Shown piece after piece: positions 52,619-64,000 of a stretch of DNA of 64,000 bases. Position 1 is the stretch's first letter; each line of letters begins with the position of its first letter. This DNA is from Hamiltosporidium tvaerminnensis FI-OER-3-3 (taxonomy: Eukaryota; Fungi; Microsporidia): NCBI GenBank assembly GCA_022605425.2, contig JAKIMF020000001.1:1798001-1862000 (forward strand), in the 5' to 3' direction. Under the pieces are notes generated by a model. The model saw only the letters and a list, made by a program, of their open reading frames with translations. It had not been told where the DNA came from and ran no database searches. The position numbers were made by a program, and so were the translations under genes.

Positions 52619-54018
52619 AATCTCTATTTTAAAAATAATTTTATGCGCTGATTTTTTCTTTTGATTTACAGATCACTGATATAAGTAACTTTGTGATTTC
52701 TTTTTCGAAAAATAAATAAATTTCATAATATTGGTTTCATCTTTAGAAATTTTGCTCCTGGATATTTATAAATCTTTTTATCTTAAATTTCTTGTTATCC
52801 TTCTAGATTTATTTTAAACTTGTTTTTTCTTTTAGCTGATAAATGTTACATTTTTGGGCTATATGATATTTAGAATAAAATTCATGTTTAATTAGATTAG
52901 TATAACATGCTTTTTTGGGTATATCTTTTTTTATTGTATTAGGTTTCAAATTTCACCCTTATCACCATTCAATCGGAGTATAAACATTTTTGATTCAAAA
53001 ATGTTCAAAACGTCTTTTTGGTGTTTATTAGAGACGAGAATATATTATTTTCTAGTTATTACAAGAGAAAATTCCTAAAATAAAATAATATATATGACCC
53101 AAATCATTTGCTTATAAGAAATGGCCTTAAATTATTTACTTGAAAAAGTATAACAAAAATCTAAAAGAATTTATATTAATTTAAAATTTTATTACTTATT
53201 TCTATTTTTAAAAAAATGAAAATAAAATACATTTAATTGACACTAATCAGTAAGATTCTTTTGATTTGACTTAATATCTGGAAATCCATTCTAAATATTT
53301 CATATCTTAAGAAAATTTTATTTCTCTGCTATAGACTTCTTAGTTATAGTGTATGAGATATTTTTGTGCCCATTAATATTGCTTCTAATTATAAAGCAGT
53401 GGATTTTTATAGGACACAAAAATATACAAACTTTTTTACACTACATAATCAGTTTAATATTTTTATTCAATAATCAAAAGGTTTTTAGACAAAATTGAAT
53501 AAATAGATATTTTGGTTAAAATATGCAGATAAGGTAGTGTATTAAACACATTTAAATGTCCATTAATATCAAATGGAATCTAAAAATTTAAATTATAAAA
53601 GGTAGGTTTTTGAACAAAGAGTTCAGTTTATCTATAAAATTGCGCCTGATATATGTTAAATCCATATCAGCTATTTTTCGAAAATTTAAATATCCGAAGT
53701 TATAATTGGTTGAAAAATACATTTAGAATGAAAGTCATTTTCTCATATTCATGTTTTTGATTTTAAATTAGTCCAAACCGGAGGTTCTTTGAAATTTGAC
53801 ATAAAAATAGATTTTTATATATAATTCTAAAAAAACAAAATTCAATGAGAAATATAACTCAAAGAGTGAATGCTTTTAATATGTCTTCTTATTTTTAATG
53901 CTTTGTATCGGTTTTTAATTGGAAAACCTCGATAGCTTTCCATGAAGACGGGAGAAAAAAAATTTAGGGAATTTTTTTATTTATGCCTTTAAATAACAAA
54001 TTAAATTAACTCAATAAA

Positions 54019-57000
54019 TTTTAATAAAAATTTCCGAATTAAGATTATTTTCTTCCTCCTCTTGTACCACCATCTTTTCTTTTTATAAATCCGATTTTTA
54101 TTTATGCTAATTGTCGGTTCCTCTAGTATGTTTTTCTATTGTGTACTAAAGAATGTGGTATTTTTTGCTCTAACGTTTTGAGCAACATATTCTTCATTAG
54201 GTTTTAAAATGGAGTGTTAGTTGCTTATGCCTCTCGGTTCCTGAAATGCACCTAATGACGCTGTCGCCCAGCTCCCTTCGGCATTTTGTCCTGATTCAAG
54301 TTCTCTTTGCCAGTCAAAGAAAATTGTTTATTCTGTCTTCTTAAGTACTATGGGAAGTATATATACCTCTACATCCTTGGTTATTAGGAATATATCAATA
54401 TATATCGTATCATTTTATCACAATACTGGCCCAGGCCACCACATAAGAGATTATTTCAACACTATACTTATAAATAAAACTTAAATTATTGGGTAGCAGA
54501 TCAATTTCCCTGAAATTTTCAGTATCAACTAGTTGATGTGAATTTTGAAGTAATTCCTACTTAAATAGGTGTTATTTTCTTTTCGCTAGTATATAAAATA
54601 TATATTTCGGGTCATTTTTTCCGGATTTTGAGATAAGTTTTTATTCTGGTATTTACTTAATATGTGCCTGCTCGTTTTCGATAATTTCTTAAAGTTAGTG
54701 ACTACTGATTTGTTTTAAAGACTGAAATTTATTTAGTTAAAAAAAAATCTGCGGGTATATGGCAACTTCATTGAGCTGTATAGTATAGTCTTTCCGAACA
54801 TTTTCTCACATCCAGTTCTAAATGTATACTGTTTTCTAGACTAGTTGCAGTGTTGACGCACACCATCTGCTACCCATAATATATTTCTATCCTGAGTATA
54901 GCAGAACATTGCTTAATCAAACGGCCTAATATTTCCTTTTTTACCCATCTTTAAGAGCCACTAAGACTTACAAGCGCATTTTTTTTCTTGCATTAATACC
55001 TTTGATTGAAGTTTTCTTTTTCTTTTTCCATATATAATTTAAGTATCTTCTAAAATTTTCCTACTGACTTCTACTTCCAACCTTTACTTTACTCTAAGAA
55101 GCTTTTTATTAGTACAAGGTGAGTTACATTAGCAAGTCTTTTTTTTAAGATCGCGTCTCGTCTAGTTTATATTCTTTGCCTTTTTCCAGAAAATTCAAGA
55201 TTTTCTGAAACAATGATCGCTCTGACTCTAAACACAATGTAAGTCTCTTCCAGGTTCTGTTCTAGCAAGGTACAAATACTCTTTAAATCCTGGGCGGGGA
55301 TGTATCTAATTTTGCACAAAAAAGGATCCACTGCATCATCCAACTTAGAAAGTGAGTCGGTTTAAGTCCAAGTACTCTTATGTAATATTCATTAACGATA
55401 TTACCCTTTTATAAATTGAATAAGTTTTTTTTTGTCGTTTTATCTAGACAACACAGTCTTCCATTCTAGAATCAGTTTTCTTCGCTTTTCATTAAATGAG
55501 CTTCGTATTAAATTTTTTCTGTTATCTGCATTATTCCTAAATATTTGGGAACACCAAAACCACTAGAAGAGTAGCAGTATCTTCGCCGAAAGTATCTTTC
55601 AGGGCCGACTTATCTCTATTTTTATGAGCTATTTTCGTTAAAAATTCTTTTACTGCGCCTGTCATAGCTTCTAATGTGAAGCTTTCTACTACAAGGAGCC
55701 TTATATCATTAATAAACAAGAGATTTTTAGTATTATGAGAATCTGCAGCATTATGTATTGTCACTTTCGTGTGTTTTTCATTGAGCTTTCGGCTTAAAGC
55801 ATTCCTACACAAACAAACAAAAATGATGAAAAGCTTTTTCTTTGCAAATTCCTGTATCAATCTTCTTGCTCATGATTTTTTCAGGCTCTACTGATATATC
55901 ACTTGTCTATTTTGATATAATTATCTTTATAACTTTCAAGAATCGAACAGGTAAATAACGTTTCCAGTGCATTGAGTCAAATAAACATGATTAATTGAGT
56001 CATAAACTTTTTTTACAACAAAAATCGTCGCATTCAGATTGTTTACATACATTTTATTAACAGCTAAATTAAATAAGGCTTACTCATTTGCTTTTTGACC
56101 ATTTTTTCTGGTTCTAATTGGTTTTCTTCAAGAAAATTTCGTCTCCTCATTGCAAGTTGAATAATCTTTAGGGTACATTTTTTCGTTTACTGATAGAGAT
56201 TAAACATAAAGTTTATCGGTTTGTAGTCAGAGACTATATGCTTTGTTATTTTCTGTATCAAATACGTAAAACTACGATAAAGCCAACCATTTTGGGATTT
56301 ACCTTCTAAAAATATGACTTTTGCAATATAAAAATGATTTTGTGAAGAATTGTAAGTGCCTTGATGAAAAAATTGTAAATACCATCAATTCCAGCGGCTT
56401 TTATTCAAAGAAAAGTTATGATAATTACGAATTCATCAATTGAAGGAAACATAATCCGATGATTATCTGACACAAATAGAATCAAATAATCACCATACGT
56501 GACAGTCATATTTTTGTTTCGCATTATAGAATAAAAGCTCACAATTTCATAACGGCTAGCTATATTCTTAAAGTTAACATGTACAGAATATCAAAAATAA
56601 AATCAATATCTGAACAGCTCAAACATACGATTCTCTTATGGAATGCTTACTTCATTTATCTATCCTAAGTTTCTTACCCCAAAATCTTCATTACTTATTC
56701 ATTTTAACTATAGCCTCGGACAAATCATGGATACAGATTAAGTTTACATTTCCCTCTCACATGATTTTCTCTGGCTCTTCGTTTTGAAGCGGAACAGATT
56801 TTAGGTCTTCGGAATTTTGCGAGAAGATCTTTGTTAAATACTGACGAAAAATTTTTACCTTCTATGTTTTCCTTCCAACCGAGTTTAAACTTCTATTTAA
56901 GTGTTGCCCCGTCATAGCATAACTGTGCAACTTGTATGGTGTGCGCTGTATCCGTAATTGACTCAGGTATATGAGCCTATGCATATTCACGGACCGCTCG

Positions 57001-57730
57001 ATTTTTGAGATCCAGAACTTGACATCAACCAATTAATTTAGATGTTTTGGAGTTCTAGCCAAAACCTTTTCTGATTTCCATCTTCAAGATTTCTTTGATT
57101 TACTCAAAAATTTATTCTAGACTTTTTGTTACTTAGTATTGTCAGCCGAGAAGCATGTATCGATGAAATAAGTGACAATTTTACGTCCATTTCTATTGTC
57201 TTCCAATTTTAATTCTTTGATAGCTCATGTTGTGCTAATCTATTTAACACATCTAGAGTTATAGCGGCTGAATTTTTCATATAGAACATGTGAAGCTCTG
57301 TCCAGATGATTATTGGCATTCTTTCAAATCTTGTCTGTAGTGCAAAAAAACAATTTGAAGACATTCCTTCGGGTCTACTGTTACAGAATCGAATATCTTC
57401 TGCAATACCATTAGCCTCTTACCTTCATGAATGGCTAGAGTACGGGGATTTGCCCGTTATAAAATGGCTCACACGATGCGACTTCAGCCGAACAGGCAAG
57501 AGGTGTGTTAGCCGAATTTAAGGTTTTAAGTCCACTATTTTACATGTTACTGCATGTTTGGCCTGGTGGATGTGTGATTTTGTATAGAGGAATAAAGGTA
57601 GGAAAAATTCGGTAGGTGTAGCTCATAGTTTTGCAACACTATTTCACTTTTATTCACCTCATCGACATCGTTTGAACTTTTATTCTATTATTTTTTTGTT
57701 TTTCGCCCCAACATTTTTCCTTATACTCAT
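54019..57730 (-). mobile_element. Old degenerate full-length R4-like retrotransposon (duplicate of 26644..30360)
   Basis: Same position and orientation in unit 2; fragment 55537..55860 matches the RT region (LSRKLNEK...LLFINDIRLL). Confidence 0.9.
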
Positions 57731-57948
57731 TATTTTATTTTTACAAATGTGTATAAATAAATTAATTTAGTTTACTATATGTCTTATAAAACTATCAAAA
57801 ACATTATAGCTTTAAATAAATTTTTCATATACAATTTATCACATATCTGTCATATTTATGCAAACAAAGTTTGTCTGAAATTTTACCACCTTTTTTTGAA
57901 ATTGATCCTAATATTTTCTTAAATTCTTTTTATTGAGCATTTATTTTT

Positions 57949-60900
57949 AAAATGGGTAGAAAGAAAAATGTTAGCAGCGAAATATCGAAAAATACCAAAA
58001 TAAAGGCTGCAAACGACGCTGATGAGGTGAATAAGAGTGATACCGAAGTACAAAAATGTAAGCTACACCCACCGGCGATTTCCCTACCTTCCTCCTCCTA
58101 CACAACAATAACACCTCCACCACCAAGCCAAACATGCAGTAAAATGCAAAATAGTGGGCTTGACACCTTACCTTCGCCTAATGCACCAGTTCCCTCTTCG
58201 GTTGAAGTCTCTGCGTGCGAGCCATCGTACGACATGACAAGCCCCTGTACTCTAGCTATTCCGGAAGGTAACAGGCTAATGGCATTGCGGACGATATTCG
58301 ATTCCGTAACAGCCGACCTGAAGGAATGGCCTCGAATTGTTTTTTTTGCAGTACAGACAAGGTTTGAAAGAATGCCAAGAAATGGCTGGACAGTGCTTCA
58401 CTGGTACTATAATGAGAAATTCGGCTGCACTTAAACTCTCGAAGTGTTAAAAAAAATTGGCACAAAGTGAGATGGGAAAGGAAGATAAATCAGAAGAGAA
58501 TGGAGAGCGACGTAGAATCGCCACTTGTCTCGCTGATACATGCACCTTGACCGACACCACGAAGTACATAAACCTGAGAGATAAATTCTTGAGTAAAATC
58601 AAAGAAATCTCGATGAAGGAAATTGGAAAAGTGGTGGTCCGAACTAGAAAACATCCAAATGAATTAGTTGATAGTAAAGTTCTGGATCTCATTAATCGAG
58701 TAGTCGGTGAATATGCAGGAGCTCATGTACCTGAGTCAATTACGGAAGCCGCGTATGTCATGCAAGCTGCGCAGATATGCTATGACGAGGCAACACGTAA
58801 AGAAAAGCCTAGATCCGCTTGGAAGGAAAACATAGAAAGTAAAATTTCTAAGCTAGTACTTTCCAAAGATCTTCTCGAGAAAGCTCGTAAGCAGGAAAAG
58901 CTCTCCACTTCGGAAACGAAGAGCCTTAAGAAAATCATGCGAAAGTTTAATTTAAACTTGAGCAGTGTAACTGATCTTTCTGAGGCTTTAGTTAAGAAGA
59001 ATGAGTCTTTGAATGTGTACGAGAAAAAAATTACGATGCATGAAAGATGGAAGCAATTCCGAAAAGAGAATCGTATGTTTGAGCTTTTCCGAGGTCGATT
59101 TTATCGTGAGTTATCTGAGCGTGTGGAATCCGAGCATGTGGTTAGTCGTGATGAAATTGTGAGTTTTTGGTCTACAATGTGGAACAAAAATGATGACACA
59201 GTCACGTATGATGATTATTTGATTCCATTTGTATCAGATAATCATCCGACCACGTTTCCTTCACTTGATGAATTTGTAAATATCATTAATTGGCTTCCCA
59301 ATTGGAAAGCTGCTGGAATTGATGGTATTTACAATTTTTTCATTAAGAAACTTACAACTTCACAAATATATTTATGATATTGTGAAAGTTATATGTTTAG
59401 AAGGAACAACTCAAGCTGATTGGTTTTACTGCAGGCTTACGTATTTGATACCGAAAGGAATTCCACGAAGAGAATCTGACTACAGGCCAATCACTTGTAT
59501 GTCCAACCTCTATAAGTGCACGACAAAGTGTGTGACGAAAGTCGTTCAAATTGAAGTGGAAAGGCGAGGGTTGCTTGTAGAGAACCAATTAGGGGCGGTA
59601 AGAGGTGTGCAGAAAGCGAAAGAGCAGGCTCTACTGAATATTGCTTTAAATAAAGAGTATGGAAATAATCTTAAGGCAACATGGATTGATGTTAAAAAAG
59701 CTTATGATTCAATAGATCATGCTTATTTAACTCAATGCATTGAAAACCTTAATTTACCTGATTGGATCCTGAAATTTATTAAGGTAATTATATCAAAATG
59801 GAAAATTGATATATCAGTAGGGCCTGAAAAAATCATGAGCAAGAAGATTGATAGAGGGATTCTGCAGGAGATAGTTTGCCACCATTGTTGTTTGTGTTGT
59901 GTATGGATCCATTAAGCCGAAAGCTTAATGAAAAATACAGAAGGTGACAGTACAAACAGATGCAGAATCCCATTCTACTAATCATCTCTTGTTTATTGAT
60001 GATCTTAAGATCCTTGCAAAAGACAGCTCCACATTGAGTGCTATGACAGGCGAGGCGAAGGAATTTTTAGAGGTGATTGGCTTAGAGATTAACAAAGAGA
60101 AGTCAGCCACAAATGATACGTATTGTGAAAATACTGCTACTCTTCTAGAAGGTGTTATTGTTTACAAATATTTAGAAATAATAGAAGATAGCAGAGGAAT
60201 CCCAACACGTAGCTCATTTGAAGAAGTACAGAGCAAACTCATATCAAGAGTTGAAAGACTTTGTCACACTAGATTAAATGCAAAAAATTTATTTTCTGCA
60301 ATCAATCAACATGCGATATCGTTAATCAACTATCACATAGGAGTACTTCGACTTGAACCGGCTGAATTCTCTAAGTTAGATGATGCAGTGCGTGCGGTGT
60401 TGGTGAAGAATAAGATACATCTCCGCCCAGGATGTAAAGAGCGTCTATACCTTCCTAGAACAGAACTTGGAAGAGGCCTACATAGTGCTGAGTTGCGAAG
60501 CGAACATATGCTTCTGCAACTCTTGGATTGTCTGGAAAAAAGTAAAGAAATATCAACTAGACGAGCAGCAATCCTCAAGGTGGAGAATAATAATAAAACC
60601 CATCTTGCACTAATAAAAAGCTTCTTAAAAGTAAAGTACAGGTTGGTAGAAGAAGTCACTAAGAAAAGTTTAGAAGAAGCTCAACTTGCAAAACTATATA
60701 ACGAAATAGAAAAACGAAAACACCATTCAAAGTTATATAATGCAAGGAAAAATGAGCTTGTGAGTGTTATTGACTCTTAAAGATGGCTAAAGAAAGGAAA
60801 TATTTGGCCACGCAATGAAGCTGTGTTCTGCTATATCCAGGATAGAAATGTATTCTGGGGAGCAGATGGTGTGTGTCAACATTGCGGGAAGTCTGGTAAA

Positions 60901-61750
60901 ACTGTGGATCATCTAGCAACTAGATGTGAAAAAATGCTAGGCCATGATTACACTAGACGGCATAATGAAGTGGTTAGATGCCTACACCTTCTTCTTCTAA
61001 ATAGATATAAGTTTAAGTCTTCAAAACGAATAAGGAGCCACTCAGTTCAAGAAATTCTTGATAATGAGTATGCAGAGATAAGAGTGGACACCAGAATAAA
61101 AACTGATGTTAAAATTCGGAATAACAGACCGGACATATTTATTTTAGATAAGAAGAAGAATAAGATAACACTTATTGAAGTAGGAATCACTTCCCAAGAT
61201 TCACTTCAAATAGTTGAAACTGAAAAACTTAGGAAGTATGACCTGCTAGCCAATGAGTTAGGTCTTATTTATAAGTGTAATGTTGAGATAATTCCTTATG
61301 TGATAACATGGGACGGTATTGTGACAAAATACCATAAATCTCATCTTAAAAGACTAGAAATACCCATGAATGTAGAAGCATACATTCAGTCTATAGTACT
61401 TAAAAAGACAGTCGAAACTATTTCCTTTGATCGACGAAGAGGACTTGAGTCAGGACTAAATGCCGAAGAGAGCTGGGAGAGAGCGTCAATGGGTGTTATT
61501 ATGAGAGCAGAGATGCATGAGGAACCAATACCCCCTTTAAAAGAAGCGAAAACAGAGGAAGATGGTGCAAAAAATTTTAAAACAAAATATAAAGCACCCT
61601 TTATTTTACAAGGAGGAACCACTTTAGAGGAACCGACTAATAACATAAATGAAGAGTCGGATTTGGAAGAAGAGACAAAAGTGGTTAAAGAGGTAGAAGA
61701 AAACGTATAAAAATGTTAAAATATTTTAACCCAGAATTTTATTAAATAAA
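57949..61750 (+). mobile_element. Full-length R4/Dong-like non-LTR retrotransposon, young copy 2, 16-17-bp TSD
   Basis: TSD ttgagcatttattttt at 57933..57948 and 61751..61766; empty site at ~30563..30578. Confidence 0.95.
57952..61710 (+). pseudogene. R4-like polyprotein (RT, CCHC, RLE) broken by stops and frameshifts
   Basis: CQHCGKSGKTVDHLATRC zinc knuckle, RHNEVV, RPD...IE..K nuclease motif, HLLFIDDLK. Confidence 0.93.
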
Positions 61751-61776
61751 TTGAGCATTTATTTTTTACCCATAAA

Positions 61777-64000
61777 ATGACGCATTTACTAAATTCTTTA
61801 ATTTCACGAACCAATGTTCTATTCTCAAAAAAAAGAAGATGAAGTAACCTGGCAAAAGATTAACATGTCTTATGAACGGTCTAAGACGCTAACCGAGTCT
61901 GATTTTTTACAATTTTTGATTCAAACAAAAGATATAATTGTTCGATCTATGGCAAGTGAAAGATCTAAATTAAGTGGTACAACGCTATCTCTGTTAAACA
62001 ATGCCATAATTATTATTTCCAAAGAAAAAAATAATGAAATTGTGACAAAAATATTTTCTTTTTTGGATTCGATTCTTCCCACACTTATAAAACTCACGGG
62101 AAAGAGTAATAAGGTAATATGTACACGCGCAGAATGTACTTTAATAGAAATGGGTAAGGCCTTGTCACTTACAAGACATATATCCTTGCTTAAAGATTCT
62201 TTATCTTCAATTTCTAAAAATATTCGGTTGGGTGTTTATAAATTGTTAGAAAGCAATTATAATAATTTTTATTTGAAAAATAAAAGCATAAACGAAAATT
62301 ATTTTAAAGATTTTATTCCATTAATAATGAAAGGAAAATCAGATGTCAATTTTGAAATAAGAGATTTGTGCAAGCGAATGTGTCATTTGATTAAAGAGAG
62401 GGAAGATATCATAGTGGAAGATAATGAAGAAACCAAAGCTCCATTTTCTATTGGAAGCAAGCCACGTGTGTATAGGCCACCGCAATTTATTCAAAGAGAA
62501 ATCAAATCTGGAATTGAAGAAAAAAATACAAAAAAAGAAATTAAATTACCGAGCAATTATATTAACAGTTATTCGTTTCCACAAAGAAATGCAGGATTTA
62601 AAGTGTCTAATGATGTAAACATAATGGATTTTAAAGGATTCAATAACAGAGGGAACAGTACAGTTATTAATAATATTTTTAATTCAAATTCAATGTTTGT
62701 CAGTCAGAATTCATGTAAAATAAGAAAAGATGAAAGTTTAAAAAAAACGAATGAAGAAAAAAATTTTAGAGGTGAAAACATAAATAAAAATATTTCTTTG
62801 AATGAAAAATGTAAATATGATACAAGAAAACAGTTGTTTGAAGGCAATTTTGCTGTTATGAATAAAAATGTAAAACATGTTATGCCCTATTCCCCGTTCA
62901 AAAAGCAGCCTAAAATAGTCACAAAAAGAGAAAATAATTTCCAGAATTTTGAATTTAAGAAAAAAGAAACAGTTGAACACGCTGAGATAGATTCAAAACC
63001 ATTTAACAACTTTTCAAATCATCTTTCTTTGATTAAATCAGAAAAAAATGTTTCAAATGAAAATAAACAAGTTGCTGTATCAGAATTAAGTTTTAAAAAC
63101 TATGAATCGGGTGTTGATCGTCAACAAAGTATTCATAGTTTTAGTAATACAAATGATTCTCAAAAAGAAGAGAAACTTTCGAAAGTCGAAAAAAAATCAG
63201 ATAAAAATATTTTTAATAAATTTATTTCTGATAATGCGCTGAATAAAGAAACGGAAGGCAATGATTCATTTACAGAAATGAAATCATTTAAACTTAAAAA
63301 TTATTTAGAAGATTTTGAAAATGATACTGATGACAAAAAATTAAATGATTCTATTTATGAAAAATTTGGAATAAAAGTGGATTTTCAAAAGAATCCGGAA
63401 GCTTCTGATTCTTTTATTAACGAAGAAGAAATAAAAATTAAACCGCCTGTTGAAAAACGTGATGAATCATATAAAAGTAAAACGGCTACAGCCTTACCTT
63501 TAGAAGGTTTGAAATTTGATAAAGAACTTGCTTTTGTTGAAACAGATTCTAATAATTCAAAACCAGATTTGAATGTTCCTAAAGCTAATGCCATTATTGA
63601 AGTTTTTAACTATGATAATGAAAAAAATAGTTCTTCTGTTAGCATTGGAATTTCTCATACAAACAGAAACATTTCATCAATCTCGTTTCCTCGCAGTGCT
63701 TTTGTAGAATCTAATAATTATTTTGAGGATGAGTTAAAAATTGAGCGGATTAAAGATCATGAGAATATCTTAGAGTCTAGTAAGAGTTTAGGTACGAATA
63801 ATTTCTATGAAGACAATCAACAGACGGATCCCAATAAAGAATATGAAGCGAATAAAAATCAGGATTCAAATTTAAAAAATAATAATGATTTCCATCTTGA
63901 AGATGCGCAATTTAATGCAGAGCCATTTGAAGCAAAGCATTTAATATATAAAAAAAATTCGGTTGAAAAGTCGGAAAATACAAACATGAATTCTATTGTT
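61777..64000 (+). pseudogene. STU1: Second CLASP/Stu1-like copy, truncated by the window end; +1 frameshift in an A run and a retrotransposon in its promoter
   Basis: Nearly identical to 30589..32811; A7 becomes A8 at 61827..61834 (may be a homopolymer sequencing error); frame looks open afterwards. Confidence 0.65.

Larger units (their letters stand above)
41361..64000 (+). repeat. Direct segmental duplication, unit 2; runs off the window end
   Basis: Colinear with 14790..32811 apart from two insertions (43445..44180 and 57949..61750). Confidence 0.95.

Overview
Very AT-rich eukaryotic DNA. The gene content (secreted LRR protein, CLASP/Stu1-like gene, a short intron, CCC motif just before ATGs) points to a large-genome microsporidian such as Hamiltosporidium; this is inference. 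Nearly the whole window is duplicated. A large inverted repeat (1..9894 vs 14790..20824) surrounds a 4.9-kb spacer. A direct duplication (14790..32811 vs 41361..64000) is preceded by a second palindrome (35307..36465 / 41361..42518) holding the same spacer in the opposite orientation. Genes: an LRR gene (one intact spliced copy, one broken), a CLASP_N/Stu1-like gene (one intact, one disrupted) and seven copies of a 118-aa signal-peptide ORF, each a different mosaic. Mobile DNA: three DD34E Tc1-family transposons, four full-length R4/Dong-like (RT + RLE) non-LTR retrotransposons, a tRNA-like SINE relic, and three copies of a ~730-nt non-coding, highly base-paired element flanked by 11-12 bp TSDs. 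The main observations are: (i) an apparent R4-LINE plus structured-RNA SINE pair that independently hit the same site in the Tc1 terminal repeat; (ii) R4 copies with almost no UTRs that sit in promoter regions; (iii) an invertible spacer between palindrome arms that evolve in concert and carry the shuffled small secreted-protein gene. All alignments were done by eye and no database search was possible.
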